Source: an uncultured Verrucomicrobiae bacterium
Lineage (GTDB): Bacteria; Verrucomicrobiota; Verrucomicrobiia; Limisphaerales; Palsa-1400
NCBI GenBank assembly: GCA_963702845.1
Contig: OY969763.1
Location: 4,800,001-4,864,000 of the forward strand
Length of the DNA stretch: 64,000 nt
Direction: 5' to 3'
Position 1 is the first letter of the stretch. Every line of letters starts with the position of its first letter. The notes below the pieces were generated by a model. It did no database searches and was not told the DNA's origin. It saw only the letters and a program-made list of their open reading frames with translations. A program made the position numbers and the translations under genes. This document shows, in pieces, positions 31,829 to 39,962 of this stretch.

Positions 31829-32586
31829 AAGTTTTTTATGGTCTGAAACGACTGAAATCCTGACAGCCGTTATAGGGCGGCATTGTTTGACACGATATAA
31901 CTAATCGTAAAATGGAGCAATTGCATTTGGCGAACCAACTTCCTAACACGGCTAAGCGGTGGTTTGTCAGCGCGTGCCAGAGCAAGCTTGCGTGCGGGGT
32001 TGGTGGGTGTGTTTGGGTTGTCTTTGTCTTTGGGGCGAGCCGGGAGGCGAGGCGGTTGTCTTTACGGGCTCGCGTTGGCGCGCGTTCCCTAGCGGGGGAG
32101 GGGGCGAAGTGTTGCTAGCTATTCCGAGCGCGCCTGCCCCCTCCCCCAGCAGCCCGCGTCGACCGCGAATGCGGAACTGTAAACGTGGTCTGGGGGAGGG
32201 GGCGCGGGGGCGGGAGCGGGGAGCGCGCGAGGGGGGCAATGCGCCGGTGCGCGAGGGGGAAAATGGGCGGGTGCCGCCGGCGTGCGGCGGGGAAATCAAG
32301 GCGGCGAGAGACGCTGGATTATATGAGCAAAGCGAACCGATGTTGTCTTTGTAGCGCTGTCGGACGGTTGAGGCGTTTGATTCGGTTGGAGGGCTAACTG
32401 ATGCCGAAGGTTCGTACCAATTGAGCGGGTGGCGGCTGGTCTGCTCTCACTGACGTCGAATTGGAATGCGCAGAACAGATGCCACGCGCGCAACTGACTT
32501 TGTCTTTGTGGGATGTTGGATAACCCGAAGCGGCGGTTAACTTGATCTGGCTGGTTCGGCCTCACAGTTTATCCCGATGCGGTTGA

Positions 32587-32853
32587 TCATGCTGCCTGGA
32601 GTGCTCGTGAGTAACTACGCATCGTCACGAACCACATCCCAAGCCCCCAAATAAAGCCGCCAGCCAGGCAAAGTCCAACAATGAAATACGGCGGCAACGC
32701 CTCCTCTTTGTGCGACACGTGTTCATAGATGGTGCCAAAAACTGCCATAGGAACACCCCAACCGAGGACGCCCCGCAGCAACACAAAACGCCAAATGCCT
32801 CGTTCCTTGATTCTTTGCCATCTCGCTAATCGCAACGTTCGGATATCGCTCAT
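32587..32853 (-). CDS. Cassette gene: small two-TM protein
   Basis: RW..IKE.G..RFVL.RGVLGWG; ATG 2 bp after GTTAGGC. Confidence 0.75.
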   Translation of the reverse strand: MSDIRTLRLARWQRIKERGIWRFVLLRGVLGWGVPMAVFGTIYEHVSHKEEALPPYFIVGLCLAGGFIWGLGMWFVTMRSYSRALQAA

Positions 32854-32855
32854 AC

Positions 32856-32957
32856 GCCTAACGCCGAGGTCAGCGACGGGAGCCAGCCGCCCCTGACGTC
32901 TGATTTGTCTCCTGAACCGAACGGCTGGCTCCCGTTCGCTGCACCGTCTTATTCGCC
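32856..32957 (-). other. Integron attC site (102 bp)
   Basis: Minus strand GGCGAAT..CAGCGAACGGGAGCCAGCCG..loop..CGGCTGGCTCCCGTCGCTG..GTTAGGC, a long hairpin with unpaired bases. Confidence 0.85.
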
Positions 32958-33610
32958 ATATTCTCGACCTGCTTCCACAGTCTCTCCCTCGCGTAACCCT
33001 CGATAAGACTGTACGACGAGCCCTTCCATTCCAATGTTTTCCAAGCCGACGATAAAAGGATCTGGTGGAATGCGTTACTGGCAGTGGTTAAAGTGGGTTG
33101 CACGTAAGGTTTCGTGCGGAAGACTCCATTTGACGCACAATAAACAAGATAGCTACCCGCCCGCTCTGCCAAGCCGCCCAGATTATAGCCGAGCGTCATC
33201 GACAACGGTACACCGTTGGTGATGGCAAAGGGCAGGTTGGGCCAAGTCTTAGGAGGCATCGACTCGTAAGGGACTCCGCTGGGGGCACCAAGGCGTGGTT
33301 CACGTAGGGGCAGCGACGGGTTCTTTTCCACGAAAACCAGCCGGCATAAAAGACAGATGCGTTCGTTCGCCTTCTCCTGCTCATCGATTGACTCCCACTT
33401 TTTGCCCGCCAGTTCTTTGAGATGGTCAAAAGCGGAGTCTCGTCCCGCCTTTATGAACGTGTTCGCGCACTCGGCGGCTATATCGGGTCGGAACTCCGAT
33501 GCCGCGATTTCTGGGAACCGCGACACCGCGCTTTCCATGTCGTTGGTTGCCGCGTTCACCGAAATAACCAGCAGTGCAACAAACGCGATTGCTTTTGCGA
33601 ATAGTGTCAT
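32870..33610 (-). CDS. Cassette gene: secreted hypothetical protein, reading into its attC
   Basis: Signal peptide; ATG directly after GTTCGCG; C-terminal ANKTVQRTGASR is translated attC. Confidence 0.75.
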   Translation of the reverse strand: MTLFAKAIAFVALLVISVNAATNDMESAVSRFPEIAASEFRPDIAAECANTFIKAGRDSAFDHLKELAGKKWESIDEQEKANERICLLCRLVFVEKNPSLPLREPRLGAPSGVPYESMPPKTWPNLPFAITNGVPLSMTLGYNLGGLAERAGSYLVYCASNGVFRTKPYVQPTLTTASNAFHQILLSSAWKTLEWKGSSYSLIEGYARERLWKQVENMANKTVQRTGASRSVQETNQTSGAAGSRR

Positions 33611-33853
33611 CGCGAACTAGTGATTATGCGACGGGGTGTCGCGGTCATTTTGATATACGAACGGTTGGTTCATATTGGTTGAGGAGATTATTGTTATGCT
33701 GGCGCTGCGAAGCAAGCGCAACACAACGCGCTCGCGAGCACGGCGACGACATACCGGAGATTCGCGATTGAAGTGGAGTGCGTAGCGGAGGGTCGACGGC
33801 ACTGGGCGCGTGGCAAAAATACCGCAAGCTTTATTGCAGACCACTGAGGCTCT

Positions 33854-34294
33854 CTATTCGTAGCGGCCCTCTGTTGTGTCCGTATACCAGAACTCCGGCT
33901 GCGCCCAAACATACCAGTGATCACCCACTGGGCGAAAACGCCGGACATACTGAGGGAAATGGTTGGTGGTCGGATTGTAGGCAATACCGTAATAGTCGTG
34001 GTGGAACTCGTCACCGAGGAGGACATAAAGGATGCCCCCGCTGGTCTTTGCTTGAAATTGCTTGCCACTCCATTTCTTCCAAGGAAGCCCTGTGATATAT
34101 GTCTTCGGCTCCAAATCCTCCCAATCAAGCGTTTCCTCTTTGTTAGTGAACATGTCCCACCCATTAGTCGCTATGAAACTCGACACAGAGGCAAGTGCGT
34201 TCGAGCCTTTAATGTCGGGTCTTGGTGTTCGCCTCCATTTCGGCGTACATCCGACAAGCAGGATCGCGATGCATAGAAACATGGAACGCGACAT
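33854..34294 (-). CDS. Putative lipoprotein, possibly cassette-derived
   Basis: LLVGC lipobox; ATTAGGC at 34306-34300 just upstream. Confidence 0.65.
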   Translation of the reverse strand: MSRSMFLCIAILLVGCTPKWRRTPRPDIKGSNALASVSSFIATNGWDMFTNKEETLDWEDLEPKTYITGLPWKKWSGKQFQAKTSGGILYVLLGDEFHHDYYGIAYNPTTNHFPQYVRRFRPVGDHWYVWAQPEFWYTDTTEGRYE

Positions 34295-34503
34295 GTTGCG
34301 CCTAATATTCAATATGCTCCAACTGTTCGCATAGTTTTAATCCGCGAACAAGGGTTTTTGCGGTTGTCCTAAAAGCTGTCAAGCTCGGATGGGACGTTAC
34401 TGCATGCCGGTTGGTGCAGCGGAACGGTTGCTGCGTGCATCGGCGTGCATGTGGTTTCTGTAGCGGGGCGATAGCGTTAAAAGAGTCATGATACGGTTCT
34501 TCA

Positions 34504-36153
34504 GTGCCAGTGGACTCTCTACATCCTGAATACGAACTGCATCAAGATTGGTGGCGGACTCTGCGCGACGTGATGGATGGGGACCGCGCGATGAAGCGGT
34601 CGGGCATTCGTTACATTCCGCGATTGGAGGGGATGAATGATCTGGAATACCGGTGGTACGTGGAGCGAGGGTTTTTCTACAATGCGACCGCACGCACGGT
34701 GTTGGGTTATTTGGGAATGATCTTTCGCCGCGAGCCGGTGCTGAAGTTGCCGGCACCGGAGAATCTTTTAGGAAAGGTGCTGCGGGAATTTGTCAACGAT
34801 GCTGATTTGCTCGGCAAGGAGTTGGCTGGCTATGCGCGCGAGGTGACAACGGAGGTCACGGTGTTGGGTCGTTGCGGGACGTTGATTGACTGGTGCGATG
34901 CGCCTGAGAACCGCGCTTACTTCACGTTTTATCGAGCGGAAGATATTGTGAACTGGCGCGAGCAACGGATTAACGGGCGGATGCAATTGACGCTGGTTGT
35001 GCTTCGGGAGGTGTTTTCAGATGGCAATCAAACAAGCGGGGCCGGTGATGAGTTTGCGCCCGCGCAAGTGGAGCGGTTGCGGGTGTTGCGGTTGGTTCAG
35101 GACGCGCCAGCGGCACAAGGTTCGGCCCCAGCGCAGAAAGGCAAGCATGTTGGTTGGCATTATGTGGTTGAGGTTTGGGGTCGCGCTAAAAAGTCGAACG
35201 ATGGAGTGCGGCGCGCTGATGTGGACGGCGCTGTGGGGAGCGATCTTGGGAGCGGCATCAGTCCGGGCTCGGCTGCACCCTCTGCTACGGTGGGAACTTA
35301 TCCCGCTGTTTCTGCGGTGAATAATGTCAGCACTGATTCAAAGAGTCTGACGCTTTTGGAAACGAGGGTTCCGTTGCGTCGCGGCAAGCCGCTGCCGAAT
35401 GTTCCTTTCATTTTTCACGGACCGAGCTTATCGAAGTCGACGGTGGAACGGTCGCCGATTACGGACATTGTCGGGGCAAATCTGGACCATTACCGGATGA
35501 CGACGGATTACAAACACGGGATGCATTTCACGGCGTTGCCGACTGCGTGGGTTTCTGGTTTTGCCAAGGACGATCCGTTGCGGATGGGTTCAAACACGGC
35601 GTGGGTGACGGAGACGCCGGGCGCGACGGCTGGGTTCCTGGAATTTAAGGGTGACGGTTTGCAGACGTTCGAGCGCGCGCTGGATCGGGTCGAGCGATTG
35701 CTGGCGGTGTTGGGAGCGCGACTGCTGGAGTCGCAGAAGCGGGCGTCGGAAAGCGCGGAGGCAATCCAGCTTCGGCAGTCGGCGGATAGCAGTGTGATTG
35801 CGGGAATTTCTGTGGCGGTGTCGAAGTCGTTGAATCAGGCGTTGCGCTGGGTTTATTGGTGGCACTCGACTGAGGAGCATCCCGATGAGGTTTCGGGTGG
35901 GGATATTTTGATCGAGCTGAATCGGGATTTTGACATCGTGCGTTTGACTGGGCGCGAGATTCAGGCGCTGGTGACGGCGTGGCAGTCGTCAGCGATCAGT
36001 TTGGAAACGGTTTTGCACCAGATGGAACGAGGCGAGGTGCTTCCTCCTGGCCGCAGTGTTGCCGAGGAGATGGCTTTGATTAAGGCGAATCCGCCGCCGC
36101 TGCCGTCGGGTCAAGGAACGAGTTGGGGGCAGAGTGGTGGCGGGGAGGGTTAG
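34504..36153 (+). CDS. Phage portal protein (DUF4055-like)
   Basis: HPEY..W....D, YIPRL, Y..R..FYNATART, NLDHYR...DY.H..H, LGARLL; lies between TerL and scaffold. Confidence 0.85.
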   Translation: MPVDSLHPEYELHQDWWRTLRDVMDGDRAMKRSGIRYIPRLEGMNDLEYRWYVERGFFYNATARTVLGYLGMIFRREPVLKLPAPENLLGKVLREFVNDADLLGKELAGYAREVTTEVTVLGRCGTLIDWCDAPENRAYFTFYRAEDIVNWREQRINGRMQLTLVVLREVFSDGNQTSGAGDEFAPAQVERLRVLRLVQDAPAAQGSAPAQKGKHVGWHYVVEVWGRAKKSNDGVRRADVDGAVGSDLGSGISPGSAAPSATVGTYPAVSAVNNVSTDSKSLTLLETRVPLRRGKPLPNVPFIFHGPSLSKSTVERSPITDIVGANLDHYRMTTDYKHGMHFTALPTAWVSGFAKDDPLRMGSNTAWVTETPGATAGFLEFKGDGLQTFERALDRVERLLAVLGARLLESQKRASESAEAIQLRQSADSSVIAGISVAVSKSLNQALRWVYWWHSTEEHPDEVSGGDILIELNRDFDIVRLTGREIQALVTAWQSSAISLETVLHQMERGEVLPPGRSVAEEMALIKANPPPLPSGQGTSWGQSGGGEG

Positions 36154-36196
36154 GTTTCAGGAACCGATGTCAGATGAACGGCCTTGCGCCGGATTG

Positions 36197-36225
36197 TTGA
36201 CCTTCATCGCTAGGATAGCTAAGGT
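36197..36225 (+). promoter_or_regulatory. Possible sigma70 (Pc-like) promoter for the cassette array
   Basis: TTGACC-17 bp-TAAGGT about 100 bp upstream of the first cassette. Confidence 0.35.
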
Positions 36226-36311
36226 GCGGTCGGAGCACCAAACGAACGAAACAAGGAAAACTTTCCGCCTTTAACGTTCACTTATGACCTTAAGTGGAAA
36301 AAGGTAATACT

Positions 36312-36328
36312 TAATAACATAGTTAGGC
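36312..36328 (+). other. attI-like crossover site
   Basis: TAATAACATAGTTAGGC, AT-rich, no attC hairpin upstream; resembles attI1 TAAAACAAAGTTRRRY. Confidence 0.5.
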
Positions 36329-36345
36329 GGCAAGACGCGCATCGC

Positions 36346-36669
36346 ATGAACGACCAGACCAAAGCCGCATATCGTCACTTGCTTTACGTGGCTATGCTTG
36401 CCACGCGCAACTATTGCCAGCCACGCGCGGACGCCAGTCGCAATCCATTCGTCTGGCGGCGGCAGTATCATCAGAGCCGGATAGCTGGCAGGCTAGCGGA
36501 TTGGCTTCACAATCTCGCGCACTACAGTTCGCTAGATTTTGCGGGATTCGACGACCAGCATTTTTGGTATGAACACAGCTTGGTTTGTCAGCACCATCCT
36601 GGCGAAGGCTTCGAGCGTTACCGAGAAATTTTTGATGAGTATTTTCAGGGGAAGAGATATGTATGCTGA
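36346..36669 (+). CDS. Cassette gene: hypothetical protein
   Basis: Lies between GTTAGGC (36322) and GCCTAAC (36674); LADWLHNLA motif. Confidence 0.75.
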   Translation: MNDQTKAAYRHLLYVAMLATRNYCQPRADASRNPFVWRRQYHQSRIAGRLADWLHNLAHYSSLDFAGFDDQHFWYEHSLVCQHHPGEGFERYREIFDEYFQGKRYVC

Positions 36670-36673
36670 CATT

Positions 36674-36769
36674 GCCTAACCAGAGCGCTGCAGCGGACGG
36701 CGAGTTGACGCTGAGTTTGCAATCGACAAGTCAGTGGCTCGCCGCCGCTGAGCTGACGTGTTGTTAGGC
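36674..36769 (+). other. Integron attC site (96 bp)
   Basis: GCCTAAC..GCAGCGGACGGCGAG..CTCGCCGCCGCTGAGC..GTTAGGC. Confidence 0.9.
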
Positions 36770-36775
36770 TGGCCC

Positions 36776-37105
36776 GTGAAAAAATCATCATACGAAACTG
36801 TTGCGGCAACTTTAGCGCTCGTTGGCGCATTTGTACTCGTTGGCGTTTACGTGCCGATCCTGAATCCGGGGCTGACCAAGCTCGCGCTACGCATGGAACT
36901 TCCATCGCTTGGCTATTATATCGTTGCGACTCCGATTCCGGTTTTTTTGCTACTTGCAGCATGGCACTTCAACAAGAAGGCGCGAGCAATCAAAGAGCAA
37001 TCGGAGCAGTCTCCACGCGTTCCAGAGCCCGCGTGGCAGAAAAGGCTCAAGTGGATTCTCTGCGCTATCGTGATCGTTTTGGTACTGTTTACATTTTTAT
37101 GGTAA
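36776..37105 (+). CDS. Cassette gene: three-TM membrane protein
   Basis: GTG 6 bp after attC; hydrophobic helices. Confidence 0.7.
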   Translation: MKKSSYETVAATLALVGAFVLVGVYVPILNPGLTKLALRMELPSLGYYIVATPIPVFLLLAAWHFNKKARAIKEQSEQSPRVPEPAWQKRLKWILCAIVIVLVLFTFLW

Positions 37106-37112
37106 CATCCTC

Positions 37113-37145
37113 GCCTGACGAGAGCGCTGAGCTGACCCGTTAGCC
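37113..37145 (+). other. Internally deleted attC (33 bp)
   Basis: GCCTGAC-GAGAGCGCTG-AGCTGACCC-GTTAGCC matches the two outer ends of the 36674 attC joined at CGCTG. Confidence 0.7.
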
Positions 37146-37167
37146 AGCGTCATCGCGCCCTTGCTGT

Positions 37168-37674
37168 ATGACCGTCCAAACAGACATCACTACGAACGAT
37201 CTCAAAGTGTTCGGCCAACACGTCTCAACCGGAGCGGATGGCGGGAGGTTGATGTACACGTTGCTAATCGGCTCGGGTGTGGCTGTGGGGGTTATCCTTG
37301 GCGTCACTCTGGCTGTGACCGGGGTCCGACTTCAGGTGGCAAGCCTGATGGCAGGCCTTCTTGCTGGAGCCTTCTGGCTCACCCTGTTCTCCCGGCTGTA
37401 TATGCGCAAGATGGGCCCAGCCGCAGATAGCTACGTTCTTGGACCTCGGGCGGTTTCCACAACGGACGATGGTATCATTGAGAAGTCGCAAAAGCACGAG
37501 GCGCTCTTTCGGTGGTCGTCAATTCGTTCAGTGGATTCGACGAAGGAGCACATTTTCGTCATGCTCGAACGTAACGCTGGGATTATTGTGCCATTCCGAG
37601 CTTTCTCATCGGACGCCGAGCGCGACCACTTCCTTGCAGAAATCCGGAGGCAGACAAGGGCGGAGACCAGATGA
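37168..37674 (+). CDS. Cassette gene: YcxB-like membrane protein
   Basis: Two TM helices then WSSI..V......FV......IIVP.RAF. Confidence 0.75.
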   Translation: MTVQTDITTNDLKVFGQHVSTGADGGRLMYTLLIGSGVAVGVILGVTLAVTGVRLQVASLMAGLLAGAFWLTLFSRLYMRKMGPAADSYVLGPRAVSTTDDGIIEKSQKHEALFRWSSIRSVDSTKEHIFVMLERNAGIIVPFRAFSSDAERDHFLAEIRRQTRAETR

Positions 37675-37681
37675 ATCTGCC

Positions 37682-37719
37682 GGCTAACTTTTCGGTGGAG
37701 CAAATCGCGGCGGGCGATG
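37682..37719 (+). other. Truncated attC (left arm only)
   Basis: GGCTAAC..GGTGGAGCAAATCGCGGCGGG interrupted by the second portal-end repeat. Confidence 0.6.
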
Positions 37720-37750
37720 CGAGTTGGGGGCAGAGTGGTGGTGGGGAGAA

Positions 37751-38833
37751 TTAGGCTGGTGCGTTAGAATACCATTGCGGATAGGCGGCGTGCACACGCG
37801 CAACCGCTTTTTCCAACTCCTCGTTTGAAGTGTTCGGAGCGAAGGGCTTGACCATTTCAACTTCAGAAAGGCTTACTTCCGGCTGCGCTTGCGTCAATTG
37901 AAAGATACTTGTTCCGTGAACGTTGTCGAAAAACCTTATTTTTGAATGTTCGCCATGACCACCGAGTTGGAGAATTTCTCTTATTGAGTAAGCAAGGTAG
38001 GACCATGATTTTCCGTCATAGATTGAGGGTTTGGGGGCAGAGAGCGGCACTTTATTCTTCCATGAATGGTAGCATTGGTAAACGGTTGCGGCGGGATTCC
38101 AATTGCGGCGGGCGGGCGTCTGGTATTCCGGGTAGAAATGAAAAACGTAGGCGGGCGGCGGAAGCTGTGGCTCCAATTTGTTCACTTCATTGACGGTAAG
38201 ACAGGTCGGAAAAAAGTACTCTTTGTCATCGTCAGTCCTTCTAACAGGTAAGAACACTGCTGAATTGCGGTAGCCGAAAACAGCAGCACCTTCGTTGTTA
38301 TTGGACATGATCACTACCGGCGTTCCGAAGAACATTGTCAAAAATTCGGTAAGGTCCGCTCCGATATGGTTTGGCACACGCTCCGAGAAGCGATCCAACA
38401 GATGGCCCGCGAAACTGACTCGCCTTCCGTTAAGGTAGACTTCGCGGAAAAAATCGTCGCCAGCGTAGAACTTGAATCTGTGAATCGTTCCTTTTTCAGG
38501 ATCATTAGCAGCCCGTCGCTGAACTATTGAAATGCGGGAGACAAGATTCTCATCAAAAATTGGGAAGAGCCGAAGCCTGTCCTTTCGTGCGCGGTTTATA
38601 TAGAGACAGAAGAGGATTACCGCCTGAGCCCGCTGGATTTTCAAAAAGTCCGTGGCCCGGTGGTCAACAGTCGCAATCTTTTGGGGAAGTCCAGAGTTGA
38701 ACTCGTGCGTCAAAGCTCTGAGGAGTTTCTGCAACTGATCGGTATGTGGAAACCGAGTTTCGTTGTCTCTCCGCTCCTCAACCAGGTGAATGTCGTCGAG
38801 ATACTTCGAGTTGAATTGATGATGGTGCGACAT
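37751..38833 (-). CDS. Hypothetical protein (moron-like cargo)
   Basis: 360-aa ORF antisense to the head genes; no recognisable motif. Confidence 0.65.
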   Translation of the reverse strand: MSHHHQFNSKYLDDIHLVEERRDNETRFPHTDQLQKLLRALTHEFNSGLPQKIATVDHRATDFLKIQRAQAVILFCLYINRARKDRLRLFPIFDENLVSRISIVQRRAANDPEKGTIHRFKFYAGDDFFREVYLNGRRVSFAGHLLDRFSERVPNHIGADLTEFLTMFFGTPVVIMSNNNEGAAVFGYRNSAVFLPVRRTDDDKEYFFPTCLTVNEVNKLEPQLPPPAYVFHFYPEYQTPARRNWNPAATVYQCYHSWKNKVPLSAPKPSIYDGKSWSYLAYSIREILQLGGHGEHSKIRFFDNVHGTSIFQLTQAQPEVSLSEVEMVKPFAPNTSNEELEKAVARVHAAYPQWYSNAPA

Positions 38834-39031
38834 CCGCGTCGGCTTGCTGCTGGTTGTGACATGAGAATTTGGCTCCCGTCAGAATCTGTCAATTCGCTTT
38901 TGCACTTTTTTTGCGCTGCCACGTGCCGCTTGGTGCATCAACAAGATGGTCGGGTGCATTGAAAAAAATCTTTGGGCTTCTCACGCGTAAAATTTTTCAA
39001 AACGTCGTGCTATCAATAGGCATCGAAAATT

Positions 39032-39835
39032 ATGGCACTCAAATTTAAGTACCAAAAGCGCGAGGAGATTCCGGCGGAGCTCCTTGCTCATTACGCGGAG
39101 CGTGATGGCGCTTGGCAATTGGATGCGGACGGTGTCGCGGACAATGTGCTAGCGCACGGCCACGATGCCCTGAAAGCCCGGCTGGATGAGTTTCGCCAAA
39201 GCAATGTGACGCTGCTGAAGCAATTGGAGGAGCAGCGGAAGAAATTCGAGGGCATCGATCCTGATGAAGTGCGAAAGCTTGGCGAAGAAAAACAGAGGCT
39301 CGAACTGTTGGCACAGGGCCACAAGCCGGAGGAGATCGACCGCATCGTTGGTGATCGTGTCAAAAATCTAAAAGGCGAGTGGGACAAGCAGCTCACGGCG
39401 GTGACTTCTGAACGCGACGCGCTCAATTCACGGTTGATGGCGATTCAGATCGACCAGGGCGTTATCGCCTCGGCGAGCAAGCGAGGTCTTCGTTCAACGG
39501 CCATTCCTGACATTACTTCCCGCGCGCGAAATGTTTTCAAGCTGGTGAACGGTGTTCCCACTGCATTTGAAAGCGACGGGCAAACGGTGCGCGTGGGTAA
39601 AGACGGCGTGGCGGCTTTGACTCTGGACGATTGGGTGAATGCACAGGTCGCAGAAGCTCCACATCTTTTCGAATCGAACGCTGGCGGCGGTGCTGCTGGC
39701 AATCCCGGCGGTGTCGGGAATGGCTCAGTGAAAAATCCGTGGAAGTCAGAAACGCGAAACGTGACTGAACAAATGAAGTTGCTGCGGAGTAATCCGCAGT
39801 TGGCCGCGCAAATGCAAGCGGCTGCCGGGTGCTAG
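39032..39835 (+). CDS. Capsid scaffolding protein
   Basis: MALK...IP....HY.E.DG...LD, coiled coil, APHLF....GGGA, KNPW...N.TEQ; precedes the capsid gene. Confidence 0.8.
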   Translation: MALKFKYQKREEIPAELLAHYAERDGAWQLDADGVADNVLAHGHDALKARLDEFRQSNVTLLKQLEEQRKKFEGIDPDEVRKLGEEKQRLELLAQGHKPEEIDRIVGDRVKNLKGEWDKQLTAVTSERDALNSRLMAIQIDQGVIASASKRGLRSTAIPDITSRARNVFKLVNGVPTAFESDGQTVRVGKDGVAALTLDDWVNAQVAEAPHLFESNAGGGAAGNPGGVGNGSVKNPWKSETRNVTEQMKLLRSNPQLAAQMQAAAGC

Positions 39836-39962
39836 GACACTAGCGTGTCGGCCACGACGGCCACGGCGCTTCGCGCAAACACTGCAAATAAATACAGAAA
39901 GTTGAAATTTGAAACGGCCCGCGCAGCGCGACGGGCCCTACCAAGATAGAAAATAAAATTTT

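Larger units (their letters stand above)
36119..37755. repeat. 36-bp direct repeat (36119..36154 and 37720..37755) of the portal 3' end, bracketing the cassette block
   Basis: CGAGTTGGGGGCAGAGTGGTGG(C/T)GGGGAG(GG/AA)TTAGG, 33/36 identical. Confidence 0.9.

Noticed and set aside
30684..32397. Multiple short overlapping ORFs from the track in this interval
   Set aside because: Arg/Gly/Pro-rich, overlapping on both strands, no motifs; most likely spurious.
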